64,000 bases of DNA from an uncultured Chloroflexia bacterium. GTDB taxonomy: Bacteria; Chloroflexota; Chloroflexia; QHBQ01; JADMIH01. Position 1 is the stretch's first letter. Every line of letters begins with the position of its first letter. The stretch spans positions 544,001 to 608,000 of the forward strand of contig CAWCNY010000004.1 in NCBI GenBank assembly GCA_963797095.1, written 5' to 3'. Position numbers and translations under genes: made by a program. The notes under the pieces are model-generated. The model did not search any database. It was not told the origin of the DNA and was given only the letters and a program-made list of their open reading frames with translations. This document shows positions 27,980 through 38,119 of the stretch, in pieces.

Positions 27980-28597
27980 GTGCATGATATTGAGCTTGAC
28001 GAACCCATGCAAGGGCACAGCTTGCTGGACGACATTGATCACATACTTGTAAGCGAGCAGCAGTTAGGGCAGGCTATTGCCGACATGGGGCGCGTGTTGT
28101 CCAAAGAGTACGCTGGGCATGAGCCTGTGCTTGTCGGGGTGCTCAAGGGCGCGATCATGTTCATTGTGGACCTGGCGCGGGCAATCAGCCTCCCGGTAAA
28201 GCTCGATTTCATGGCTGTGGCCTCCTACGGCGCGTCGACCGAAACGAGCGGGATCGTGCGCATCTTGAAGGACCTCGATAGCTCTATCGAGGGCAAGCAT
28301 GTGATCATAGTCGAGGACATAATCGACAGCGGGCTGACCCTGAATTACATACTTGAGACCCTGCAAACGCGCAATCCCGCCAGCGTAAAAGTATGTGCCC
28401 TGCTGAACAAACCGGCACGCAGAAGAGTGGATGTGCCGGTTGATTACATCTGTTTCAATATCCCCGACGAGTTTGTCGTCGGCTACGGCCTCGACTTCAA
28501 TCAGATATACCGCAATCTTCCATTCGTGGGCGTCCTGAAACCGCAGTTGTACACCGCTGAAGGAAGCGAGCCGGTCGAGGAAACCGAATCGGAATGA
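27980..28597 (+). CDS. hpt: hypoxanthine phosphoribosyltransferase
   Basis: VLKGA, IIVEDIIDSGLT, FVVGYGLD, YRNLP; follows tilS. Confidence 0.97.
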   Translation: MHDIELDEPMQGHSLLDDIDHILVSEQQLGQAIADMGRVLSKEYAGHEPVLVGVLKGAIMFIVDLARAISLPVKLDFMAVASYGASTETSGIVRILKDLDSSIEGKHVIIVEDIIDSGLTLNYILETLQTRNPASVKVCALLNKPARRRVDVPVDYICFNIPDEFVVGYGLDFNQIYRNLPFVGVLKPQLYTAEGSEPVEETESE

Positions 28598-30750
28598 GGG
28601 CGGGCCGGGTAGCGGGTGTAACGCTCTTCTTCCTGGCCTGGGCGCTTGTTTTCACATTCCCTCTGGTCTTGCACCTGGTCGATTCTGTGGTGCTGTCATC
28701 GGGCGGCGACGCCTATCTGCACCTTTGGGACCTCTGGTGGGCAGATAAATCGCTCATCGATCTCCACACGAACCCATTCCATACCGGTTACTTATATTAC
28801 CCGACAGGCGTAAGCCTCTACTACCATTCGCTCGATCTCCTCAACGGCATCGCTTCGATTCCCCTACAGTTGGCAGCAGGGCTGACAGGTGCGTTCAACC
28901 TGCTCCTGCTTGCGAACCTTACTCTCGATGGCGTTGCCGCATACTGGTTGTGCAAAGAGAGAACCGGGAGCACCGGCGGTGCTCTCGTCGGTGGCGTCTT
29001 GTTTGCGTCGGCACCCCTAATGGGCACATCGGTAAACCTGGGCCAACTTGACGAGGTAACAGCCTGGTGGATACCTCTGTACCTTGTGGCGCTCTGGAGG
29101 TTATTGGAGAGTCCGGGCAAGCCCTGGCAGGCTGGCGGTGGGCGGCGCGCCGCCCTAGGTGCGGGGCTGTGCCTGGCCGGAGCCTCATTGGCGACGTGGT
29201 ATTTCACGGCGGGTCTAGCGCTCTTCACAGTGGTATTCGTGCCCTTGTATTTGTGGAACAGACGAAGACTACAGCCCACCTCTGATAACGCGCCGCCCCC
29301 ACCCTCGCAATCCTCATCATTCGCGCGGGATTTGCTAAATGTAGGAATGAAACTCGTCGTAGCTGTCGTGCTTATGGCGGTCCTGTTATCGCCTCTCCTG
29401 AGAGGGATGATCCGCGAGCGCCTGAGTGGAGCGACCTATATGATCCCGTCGTTCGAAACCACCTATTCCAACTCGACCGATCTGGTAGCGCTCTTTCTGC
29501 CGGGGCGCGTTGAAATTGACGCCCTGGATGTGCATGGAAGCAATGTCGCCCTGGGGTGGATGGCCATGGCGCTGGGCGGGCTGGGGCTGTTGAGCAGGCG
29601 AAAGCAAGCATGGCCGGTTCTTGCTGGGCTGGTAGTGATAGTGGTGGTATCGCTTGGCCCTGAACTGCAATTCGCAGGCATTGATACGCATATTCCGTTG
29701 CCCTATCTTTGGCTGAACAACGTGCCCTTCGTGGGAGCATCGCGGCAACCCCTAAGGTTCCTGGCGACCGCTTCGATCCTTCTTGCCCTACTTGCAGCTT
29801 ATGGTGTCGCCTTCCTGATCAACCGGTGGAAAGCAAAGTCTTGGAATCGCGCCATCGTGCCCGCGCTCCTTCTACTCGTAGTCCTTGAGCTTTTCGGCTT
29901 ACCAAGGGCTTTGATTTCAACGCAGGTAGACAAGGCTTATCCCTACATACACGACCGGGCTCAGCCGGGCGGTGTTTTGGAGTTGCCCTACGAGTTGTGG
30001 CAGGCGAAATCGGAATTGAACGCCACTGTGCATGATAAACCCATCTTCGGTGGATACACGTCGCGGCACTTCCCCTATCCTTTCATCGAAGGCGCACCCG
30101 GAGCGGCGCAACTGGCGCTTGGCTACCCGGAAACACTTTCCGCCCCTGACATCATAACGCCCTCGCTGGCGCAGACTGCGCGTGCCAGCCTCGACTACTA
30201 CGGCGTTCGTTACGTAGTCCTGCACAAGAGCGACCTCGCAAGCGGCAGGTTCGGACGGCTTGTGGCGTTGCTCGATGAATTGTATCCTGATGGCCCTGCT
30301 TATGAGAACGATGAAGCGTATGTCTACGTGACTCCCGTCGGCCTTGCTGCCACAGGCGGGCCGGAGGACGCACTACCCTTAGTAGGGCTTGGCAAGGGCT
30401 GGCACGAACTGGAAGAGAACCCTCTGAGGCGGTGGACCGGGGATGACCCTGGCAATGGCAACGCCCAGGTGTGGGTAGGCATTCGCCCGCGAGCGGTGGG
30501 TCGCTACAATCTAACACTTGAGGCGTTCTCGTATGGCAAGCCCCGCCATCTATTGGTGGTAGTTAATGGGACAACGCTCCTCCAGAAGGAAATCGGTCTT
30601 GCACCGGAAACCTTGGATATAGACATGGGCGACCTGGGTGCCGGGGACTATCTGGTCGAATTGAACGTGCAGGAGTTGCCGGACAGTCCGCCCAACGACC
30701 GGCGCTTGCTCAGCATAGGCTATTCCCAGGTGGCGGTGGAGAGGCGCTAG
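28594..30750 (+). CDS. polytopic membrane protein, YfhO/GT-C-like glycosyltransferase
   Basis: GDAYLHLWDLWW, YYPTG.SL, LSLGP-type loop, R.P.RF and a C-terminal extracytoplasmic domain. Confidence 0.75.
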   Translation: MRAGRVAGVTLFFLAWALVFTFPLVLHLVDSVVLSSGGDAYLHLWDLWWADKSLIDLHTNPFHTGYLYYPTGVSLYYHSLDLLNGIASIPLQLAAGLTGAFNLLLLANLTLDGVAAYWLCKERTGSTGGALVGGVLFASAPLMGTSVNLGQLDEVTAWWIPLYLVALWRLLESPGKPWQAGGGRRAALGAGLCLAGASLATWYFTAGLALFTVVFVPLYLWNRRRLQPTSDNAPPPPSQSSSFARDLLNVGMKLVVAVVLMAVLLSPLLRGMIRERLSGATYMIPSFETTYSNSTDLVALFLPGRVEIDALDVHGSNVALGWMAMALGGLGLLSRRKQAWPVLAGLVVIVVVSLGPELQFAGIDTHIPLPYLWLNNVPFVGASRQPLRFLATASILLALLAAYGVAFLINRWKAKSWNRAIVPALLLLVVLELFGLPRALISTQVDKAYPYIHDRAQPGGVLELPYELWQAKSELNATVHDKPIFGGYTSRHFPYPFIEGAPGAAQLALGYPETLSAPDIITPSLAQTARASLDYYGVRYVVLHKSDLASGRFGRLVALLDELYPDGPAYENDEAYVYVTPVGLAATGGPEDALPLVGLGKGWHELEENPLRRWTGDDPGNGNAQVWVGIRPRAVGRYNLTLEAFSYGKPRHLLVVVNGTTLLQKEIGLAPETLDIDMGDLGAGDYLVELNVQELPDSPPNDRRLLSIGYSQVAVERR

Positions 30751-30754
30751 TTAT

Positions 30755-32077
30755 TCAGCTTACGCCTGATGCCCGGTACCACGCCTTCTCCAGTTGGGGA
30801 GCCACATTTTCGACCCGCAACGTATCGGCCATTTTGAGGGCGTTTGCGCTGATTTCAGAGTAGTAGTCAGGCTCACGAATCAGCTTCAGGATGGCGGCAG
30901 CTATTGCCTCCGCTGAGCGTGGCCGGATGGACACGCACGCATCGTGCGGAGCCAGGTAGGAGGCTATACCCGTGGTCTCGGTAACTACTGAAGGTGTGCC
31001 CACGGCGGCGGCTTCCGGCACCACCTTGTTCTGGGCTTCAAGGATTGAAGGGCAGACGAAGATTTCAGCACCTGCCAGGTGGTCACGTACCAGCGAGTGC
31101 TCGACCTGCCCTGTGAAGATGATATGATTGCCAACGCCTGCCCTCTCGGCGCGCTCGCGCAGGAACTCACGGTAATCGCCGTAGGTTTCGGTGGTACGTG
31201 AAGGCCCGCCGATTATCAACCAGGGAGGCTCCTGTCCTGCAGCCCTCATATCATCCGCAACGATCTTCATGGCATCAACAAGGTACTCAAGCCCTTTGAA
31301 CGGGTGGAGCCTGCTCAACGCCATGACTACAGGGCGCGATAGACCTGCCCCGTATCTGTGAGCCAGCAGAGCGCGACCATCCTCCCTCAACCTGGGCAAC
31401 GGTATATCAGCGGGGGGAAACGCATTGAGTTCAATGGCTCGCAGAATCACTGTGATGCCGTCGCGCCGGGCAAGCTCCTCGTCAACCAGATAATCAGCCA
31501 GCAACGACGAGATGACGCGGATCAAGGCGGCATGATCCAACGCCTGTCTCACCGCGATGCGTGGTAGAGGGAAGCGGCGGTAGCCGTAGTCGTAATCGGG
31601 CAGGTCGATCACATCGGCACCCTGGACATTTACCAGATAAGGAGTCTTCCCGCTGCCCCTTGCTGCTGCCCAGCCAAAAGGGTAAGCGCCCTCTACGTGC
31701 ACCAGGTCGTAGTGGTAGCGGCTCAGGTGGCGCTTGTAGGCGTCTAGCAAGGCGAACATGTATTCGTAGCGCATGAAGCGTTCGGCACCCCAGGTCCTGA
31801 ACCTTGCAGGGATGCTGAGAAGCGAGCCGGGAAAGCCGGTACGGCTTCTGGTCGCGAGATTGAAAGTATATGTGGGCACGCCCAAATAGATCGCTTTGCC
31901 AAAGCGCGCCTCCCCCGGTTGAGTGACCTGGGTGAACACATCTACTCTGTGTCCGCGCTCGCGGAGAGCCAGAACGGTCTCCTCGTGGCTGGCATTCCCC
32001 ATCACGTCGGGGCCATAAGAGCCGATAAAGTAGAGGACTCGCAGTCGGCGTGGGCTACGCTCTCCCATAGATGGCAT
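30755..32077 (-). CDS. glycosyltransferase family 4
   Basis: SRLHPFKG and EAQNKVVPEAAAVGTP. Confidence 0.9.
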   Translation of the reverse strand: MPSMGERSPRRLRVLYFIGSYGPDVMGNASHEETVLALRERGHRVDVFTQVTQPGEARFGKAIYLGVPTYTFNLATRSRTGFPGSLLSIPARFRTWGAERFMRYEYMFALLDAYKRHLSRYHYDLVHVEGAYPFGWAAARGSGKTPYLVNVQGADVIDLPDYDYGYRRFPLPRIAVRQALDHAALIRVISSLLADYLVDEELARRDGITVILRAIELNAFPPADIPLPRLREDGRALLAHRYGAGLSRPVVMALSRLHPFKGLEYLVDAMKIVADDMRAAGQEPPWLIIGGPSRTTETYGDYREFLRERAERAGVGNHIIFTGQVEHSLVRDHLAGAEIFVCPSILEAQNKVVPEAAAVGTPSVVTETTGIASYLAPHDACVSIRPRSAEAIAAAILKLIREPDYYSEISANALKMADTLRVENVAPQLEKAWYRASGVS

Positions 32078-32185
32078 AGGGACATTATAAAGCAACAACA
32101 GAAACCGCAAATCCCGCAAAACCCACTCCACATTCCGCACGGAATTTCCCAGCTCAAGCCTCAAACTCCGAACTTCAAACCAAAA

Positions 32186-32247
32186 ACTATACTTAAGTAC
32201 ACCCCAAAACCTGTCCAGTTTTGTCTCACCAATGCCCTATAGTAAGT
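32186..32247. repeat. 62-bp dispersed repeat, copy B
   Basis: 48/62 ungapped identity to 22661-22722. Confidence 0.8.
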
Positions 32248-32339
32248 GAGGGGAAATCCAACATCTATCGAAGGATAATGCCGGCACCCTGAGCAAATAT
32301 CGCCCAGATAGCTATCTCAACTCAGAACTCCCACACTCA

Positions 32340-33587
32340 CTAACTACAATCCTGGGCTAGCTCACTGTAGAGGGCCACGATCCGCGTGATGATCTCGGTT
32401 TCGTCGTAGCGGGCCAGGGTACGGGAGCCGCCTTCAACGAGGTGTGTGCGCAGACCCGGCTCGGTGAGGACGCGAATCATGCCATCGGCCAGGGATTGGG
32501 AGCTTTCGGGTTCGACGAGGATGCCGTTTTTGCCGTCCTGGATCATCTCGCTGACCACCGGGAGACGCGTGGCTACAACGGGGCAACAGGCGGCCATAGC
32601 TTCCAGTGGAGGGAGGCCAAAACTCTCGTAGCGCGTGGGGTAGACAAGGCAATCGGAGCCACGCATCAAGAGTACCTTGTCCTCTTCGCTGACCTTGCCG
32701 AGCAGGATGAGATGGGGTTCGCTGCCGTTCTCTCGGCAAATAGAGAGAAGGTGCTCGGCGCGGGCGGGGTTCTGGCCCGCAAAAAGAAAGGTAGTTGACG
32801 GGCAGCGCCGGAGGACCGGCGGCATGGCCTGTGCCAGGGTGTCGTAGCCCTTGCGCTCCTTAAGCTGTCCGAGAAAGAGGACGTGGGGAGAAGGGTAGCC
32901 CTGGGCGGGCGATGGCCCAAAGGGCATGCTCTGGATGTAGGGCACGTCGATCCAGAGTGGGATCTTGACGATGCGGGATTGACTTGTGTGACCTGAAGGC
33001 GCTTTATCCATGCCCAAACGCTTCAGAAGAGCCACTTCGTGGCGCGAGAGGGCGATCAGGCGGTCGGCCGCTCGGAGGGGATAGTGCATACAGAAATTCT
33101 GCCAGATAGAGAGGGGCTTATGAAAACGAGCGGCCAGCAATCGCTTGACCAATGTATGTGGAGTGTAGATCAGCCTGCGCAGGTACATCTTGCCCAGGTA
33201 GGGACGCTCGCGGTCGTCCACAAGGTAGGGGTCGTGGAACGGTCCGACCACGGTGAAGACCACCGGGATGCGAAAGAGGCGGGCGAGCAAGACAGCCTGC
33301 CAGTTGAGGGCGTTGCGGAGGTGGAAAAGATGGATCACCTGAGGCCGGAACCGCAGCAAGGGCAGGAGCAGGCCCGGAGAGAGCCAGGGCTTGTACACTT
33401 TGACACGGTAGGTGTCGATGCCATCCACATCTTCGTGGGCGTTGCCTGTGATGTCTGAGCCTGCTTCACGCATGGTGAAAGCAGCGACCTCGTGGCCGCG
33501 AGCCACCAGGGCGCGACCCAGGATAGCCTCAGGCCACTGGCGGAACTGCCGTGTGACGCCCGCTGTGGTGAAGATGGCGACCCTCAC
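32340..33587 (-). CDS. glycosyltransferase family 4
   Basis: GQLKERKG and YESFGLPPLEAMA. Confidence 0.92.
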   Translation of the reverse strand: MRVAIFTTAGVTRQFRQWPEAILGRALVARGHEVAAFTMREAGSDITGNAHEDVDGIDTYRVKVYKPWLSPGLLLPLLRFRPQVIHLFHLRNALNWQAVLLARLFRIPVVFTVVGPFHDPYLVDDRERPYLGKMYLRRLIYTPHTLVKRLLAARFHKPLSIWQNFCMHYPLRAADRLIALSRHEVALLKRLGMDKAPSGHTSQSRIVKIPLWIDVPYIQSMPFGPSPAQGYPSPHVLFLGQLKERKGYDTLAQAMPPVLRRCPSTTFLFAGQNPARAEHLLSICRENGSEPHLILLGKVSEEDKVLLMRGSDCLVYPTRYESFGLPPLEAMAACCPVVATRLPVVSEMIQDGKNGILVEPESSQSLADGMIRVLTEPGLRTHLVEGGSRTLARYDETEIITRIVALYSELAQDCS

Positions 33588-35197
33588 AGGAACCTCACGA
33601 TCTGCTTGACGAAGGGGAGGCGAATAGAGAGGATGCGCTCTTTGTCGGAGCTATCCATGCCACCCAGGAGCTTGAACACCAGGTAGAAGACACCGGCCCC
33701 GAGGAGGATCATGATGGTGGTCGTGGGGATGTCGGCGGGCAGATAGAGAAGGAAGGGTAGGAGGGTCGCGCCCATGACGGCGGAGGCAGCACCAACTCGG
33801 GCCGTAAAGGCGACCGGGAAGCGCAGCCCCGCGCGGCGAAGCCCAAGCACGAGCGCCACCGAGCGAGAACCGAGGGCGGCGCAGGCCACCGCGATAGCGC
33901 CACCGACCGCGCCGTAGGGCGGGATCAGCAAGATGAGAAGCGGGATACTCACCAGCGAGAAGAGGCGCGCCGAGAGGACCGAGCGATAGTCCTCGTACAC
34001 CATCAGCACGTTGAGGGCAACGCTGATCATAGCCTCACCGAAAAGCCCGACGGCGAGAATAGCGGTGCAGGCCACGACGGTGGGGGTGGTCTCAGGGTTG
34101 AGTACGGCATCATTGCCGCGCTGACCATAGAGAATCTGGAGCAAATTGCGGCCTGTCATGATCAGGCCAACGGCGGCAGGAAGAAGGCCGAGGATCAGCA
34201 CTTTAGTGATGGTGGCGTAAGCGGTGCGCAGACCCTCGATGCGGTTTTCGGCGTAGAGGCGGGCGAAAAGTGGGGTCTGCACGCCCGTGAGGGGCACGAC
34301 CAGGGCGCGCAGGAACTCTTTTGTGAACTTATAGGCAAGGGCGATGGCGGCGCTCTCAACAAAGAAGCGCCCTTCGTTCGCGATCAAGAGGGCCATCATA
34401 AGGGTCACGAAATCGAGGTCGTACAGCCACACGGACCAGTTGATCAGGTAGTTGATCCCGGCGAAGAAGGAGATTCGTCTGGGCAGGGAGCGATTGGAAG
34501 GGGTGTTTACGTTTTCAGGGTTGGGATGGGTTTCATCAGGCAACCTCATGAGGAGGCGCACAGCGAGCCACACCGAGATGGCGACCGACACCACAGTGGC
34601 GATCAAGAGGGCGAGCAGGGCACCTGCCGCGCCCCAGCCGAGAAGGACAAAGCCCGCGGTGAGAGATGGTCGCACAATGGCGACCAGCACATCGAGGGAG
34701 TTGGTGGCGCGCTGGCGGAAGTGGGTGTAAAGAAGCTGGATCGATATATCAGACAGGGCACCAAGCACAAGGAGAGGGCCAATGATGAGGAGTATCCAGC
34801 CGCCATCGTCGCCCAGTTTGAACTGGTCGATCCAGAAACCGGAACCGAAGAAAAGGGCGGCAAGAACCCCTAGTAAGACAACACCTTTGATACCGACAAC
34901 AGCAGAAAGCAAGCGCACAATACCACGCCTGCCGTAGCGAAGCTCGATCTCCGGCAGGAAGCGGGGCAAAGTACGCTCGATCCCGAAGTCGGAGAAGAGG
35001 CCGAGGGCATCGAGGAGGGCCAGGCTGGTAACGTAGACCGCAAAGCCCTCGGCGCGTAGCTGTCGCACAATTACGATGCCAGCAAGGAAGGGGATCAGCA
35101 GTTTGAGCGGGAAGAAAGCAACATTCCAGAAGACCGCCCAGCCTGCGCGCTCAACAAGCGGCCTGGGAGCTTTGGGTTTGGTGGCTGAGGAGGTCAT
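33584..35197 (-). CDS. Wzx/MOP-family oligosaccharide flippase
   Basis: About 14 TM helices; FSDFGIERTL.RF; polysaccharide-biosynthesis C-terminal pattern. Confidence 0.8.
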   Translation of the reverse strand: MTSSATKPKAPRPLVERAGWAVFWNVAFFPLKLLIPFLAGIVIVRQLRAEGFAVYVTSLALLDALGLFSDFGIERTLPRFLPEIELRYGRRGIVRLLSAVVGIKGVVLLGVLAALFFGSGFWIDQFKLGDDGGWILLIIGPLLVLGALSDISIQLLYTHFRQRATNSLDVLVAIVRPSLTAGFVLLGWGAAGALLALLIATVVSVAISVWLAVRLLMRLPDETHPNPENVNTPSNRSLPRRISFFAGINYLINWSVWLYDLDFVTLMMALLIANEGRFFVESAAIALAYKFTKEFLRALVVPLTGVQTPLFARLYAENRIEGLRTAYATITKVLILGLLPAAVGLIMTGRNLLQILYGQRGNDAVLNPETTPTVVACTAILAVGLFGEAMISVALNVLMVYEDYRSVLSARLFSLVSIPLLILLIPPYGAVGGAIAVACAALGSRSVALVLGLRRAGLRFPVAFTARVGAASAVMGATLLPFLLYLPADIPTTTIMILLGAGVFYLVFKLLGGMDSSDKERILSIRLPFVKQIVRFL

Positions 35198-35250
35198 CGG
35201 GTATTGCTTACTGACTGTTGCTTACTGCGTATGGTGGGCGTGTATAGAGG

Positions 35251-38055
35251 CTAGCGTTCAATAATGACCTGGTCTACCTGAACGCCCAGGGCGCGCTGGT
35301 CGTAGCTTATGCCTGCCGAGGAGCCGGACCAGGTGGGGGCGTAGATGTGGAGCAAGGCGTAGTCAGGGTCCTTTTCGGTCTTAGGAATGCCTGCGGGAAC
35401 CCGGAAGGTGTAGTTCAGGAAATCGCTGCCGGGCGGGAGGGTAACCTCGCCCAGGGGCGTGTTATCAAGGGAGACTGTGACAGTGATCGGATCGGTGCGC
35501 AGAACGGGCAAGCCCAGCTGAGATGTTTCGGGGCGCAGCAACATATGAATCGTGCCTGAGATATAAGAACTGGTGTCCGAGGTGGGCCAGGGCACGCGCA
35601 GGATAGCATGTGCTCCCGTCCAGCGCCAGTAGGTCGATTGGGGGGTATCGCGCTCCTGCTTGTTCCAGCCTGACACCAACCATGCATAGTCGTTGTTGCC
35701 AATGTCCACGTTGAAAGGCCAGGAAGGGGCGGCGGTGCGCGGCTCCAACGAGTAAATGCCCCAGGGCAGGAACGACTCGGACACATTAGTGGGTTTCTGG
35801 TAGTATAGCTGCTCGAACTCAGGCACGCGATACTCCCAGTAGCCCTCATACTTGAGCGTGTATTTGTCGAGGAGGAGCTTGCCGCCATTCGCGCCCATCA
35901 GCACATACACTTTGTAGCCCTGCGATTGCCACCGGTCGATTACGGACTGGATCACGGCGTTGTTGTTGTTGGGGTAGGTGCGCGCCAGCACGAAACTCTC
36001 AATACCGTAGATATATTGGAGCGGCGTCGCGACCACATATGGCTCGTCGCGCTCGTTGCTGAAAAGGAGGACCGATTTGCTATCGAAGCGGGAGGCGAGG
36101 CTATCAAGCTGGGCTACAGCGCCACCGTCCTCTACATGGGGGATGATAGCGCGACTTGTATAGACGAAGAAGCCCGCCAGGAGCACGACCACCACACCCG
36201 CTATTGCCCAAGCGGCCACGCGAGGCCGTATTCGGGTCCAGAGGAAGGCAACTGCCCAGGCGAAGCCGAGGATGAGGGCGGGAAGGACGATGGGCAGGTA
36301 GCGGCGCATAGTATAGATGTAGTGGGCTTCGGTGTACGTCTCCTGAATAAACACGTAGCCTACCACGATCAAAGTAGCGAAGAAGAGGCCGGAGGCGGCG
36401 GCAAGGCGATCCCACATCCATCGCAGCAGGCCCGCCACGCCCAGCAGGATGCCGAAGGGAGAGAGGTACCACCCTATCCTGAGCAGGTTGTAGCGCGAGC
36501 CCTGGTCAACGGGCGCGCCGATGTAGCTTTCCCAGGTGGTAACCACCGCCTGCGGAATAACGTTGCCCGCATCGTCATGGCGCACGTTGGCCTGCCAGGG
36601 TGCATAAAAGTAGTTATAGAGCACATAGATTGCCAGCAGAACAATCAGCGCACCCACCCATACGCGCCGGTAGCGTGGCACGAGGGATTCGAGGCGCACC
36701 CACAGCGGCTTGAGGCGCGGATAGAGCCGGTCGATGGCGATCAGGAGGGCGACGCCCAGGTAGAGGGCGATCAGGAGCGGACCCCACAGGCGGCGAACAT
36801 TCTGGATGGTGTTGTGGTAAAGATCAAGGGTGTAGGGGTAGTTGTAGAAAGCGTAGTGTACGGCATAGAGCAGCATGAACGCGCCGAGAGTGGCGGCGAA
36901 CCACGTATGGGCGGGCTGCCAGCGCCGTGCCAGCCGCCAGTAGATGAGGTAGATAGGGAGAGGCGCGAAGTAGAAGATGAAATCGGGCCTGGCAAGCGCG
37001 ATCTCGCCCAGCGATGCGCCGGCGACTATGCCCCACAGGATGGACCAGGGCAAGCGGGAATCCTCTGGGGCGATACCGGACTGGTCGGGGTTGTCTATCT
37101 CTCGTGAAGGCTTGTCGGAGGCGAGTTGCACCATGCGCAGGAAGGCAAAGAAGGCGGCGAAGGCCAGGAGGGCCGTTATCACCTCGGACACGGGGTAGCG
37201 AGCGAACCAGATCACTACCGGACATAGCACCATGAGGAGGAGCGCCACCAGGGCAGCGCCATCGCCAAGGGCGCGGCGCGCAAAGAAGTAGACGGCAAGC
37301 ACAAAGAGGAGGGCGAGCAGAGGCGTGGTGTAGAGCGCGCCCCAGATGCCGAACAGCGAATAGAGCAGCGCAATCCAGGCGGGATAGAGGTTGTAGTGCT
37401 GAGGAAGGACCTCGGCGGCTTGCTTATCAAGCACGTAGAAGGCGGGCATACGCAAGTTGGCTAGGGTGTAGCGGTCGCGGGAGAGGCCAAGCATTAGCTC
37501 ATTGACCTCGCCTTTGTCGTTGTCAAGCTCGCGCATGAGGCGGTCGCGCTGAATTATGGAGCCGCTTCGCGCCATGGCGACTCCCGCGTTGATGTAGGCC
37601 CCGGAGTCGAGCGCGCCACGCAGCATCTCCGCAGGCCGCGAGAAAAGGATGGCGGCCAGAAGAATAAGGCCGATCAGCGCGAACCTGTGGAGGCGATAGA
37701 GACGACTCTCGGTGGCGCGACGCGGGTAGGAGGCTGGCACAGAGAGGAGCGGTAATAGGGCGCGGGCACGAAGGTGTGCCTCGCCAAGCGTGATAGCGAT
37801 CAGCAGCGAGATCAAGGCCACGAGTACCAGGATCAAGACCCAGTTGAGGAGGCCGACCTCGGCAAGAATGAAAGAGACCAGTCCGGTAATCAGGAAGCTG
37901 AGCAGCACGGCTGAAAAGAGCCACTCGTCGCGGCCCGCGAAGAAGGGCCGTCCGGTGCCTCGTGTGGTGAGCGCATTGAGGATCACGGCTCCCGGCACGT
38001 AGAGTAAGAAGGCCAGCACGGGCAGGCCTAGCAGCCACCTGAGAATATCTAGCAC
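35251..38055 (-). CDS. large GT-C (ArnT/PMT-like) membrane glycosyltransferase
   Basis: DSGAY, WFARYP.SE, ARPD, RRYLP and a large C-terminal extracytoplasmic domain. Confidence 0.78.
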   Translation of the reverse strand: MLDILRWLLGLPVLAFLLYVPGAVILNALTTRGTGRPFFAGRDEWLFSAVLLSFLITGLVSFILAEVGLLNWVLILVLVALISLLIAITLGEAHLRARALLPLLSVPASYPRRATESRLYRLHRFALIGLILLAAILFSRPAEMLRGALDSGAYINAGVAMARSGSIIQRDRLMRELDNDKGEVNELMLGLSRDRYTLANLRMPAFYVLDKQAAEVLPQHYNLYPAWIALLYSLFGIWGALYTTPLLALLFVLAVYFFARRALGDGAALVALLLMVLCPVVIWFARYPVSEVITALLAFAAFFAFLRMVQLASDKPSREIDNPDQSGIAPEDSRLPWSILWGIVAGASLGEIALARPDFIFYFAPLPIYLIYWRLARRWQPAHTWFAATLGAFMLLYAVHYAFYNYPYTLDLYHNTIQNVRRLWGPLLIALYLGVALLIAIDRLYPRLKPLWVRLESLVPRYRRVWVGALIVLLAIYVLYNYFYAPWQANVRHDDAGNVIPQAVVTTWESYIGAPVDQGSRYNLLRIGWYLSPFGILLGVAGLLRWMWDRLAAASGLFFATLIVVGYVFIQETYTEAHYIYTMRRYLPIVLPALILGFAWAVAFLWTRIRPRVAAWAIAGVVVVLLAGFFVYTSRAIIPHVEDGGAVAQLDSLASRFDSKSVLLFSNERDEPYVVATPLQYIYGIESFVLARTYPNNNNAVIQSVIDRWQSQGYKVYVLMGANGGKLLLDKYTLKYEGYWEYRVPEFEQLYYQKPTNVSESFLPWGIYSLEPRTAAPSWPFNVDIGNNDYAWLVSGWNKQERDTPQSTYWRWTGAHAILRVPWPTSDTSSYISGTIHMLLRPETSQLGLPVLRTDPITVTVSLDNTPLGEVTLPPGSDFLNYTFRVPAGIPKTEKDPDYALLHIYAPTWSGSSAGISYDQRALGVQVDQVIIER

Positions 38056-38119
38056 GAGGATCTGGCTAACCTCCTGAACGATGGGCCAATGAAGCGCGAG
38101 AAGTGCTCGGATCGAAGAT

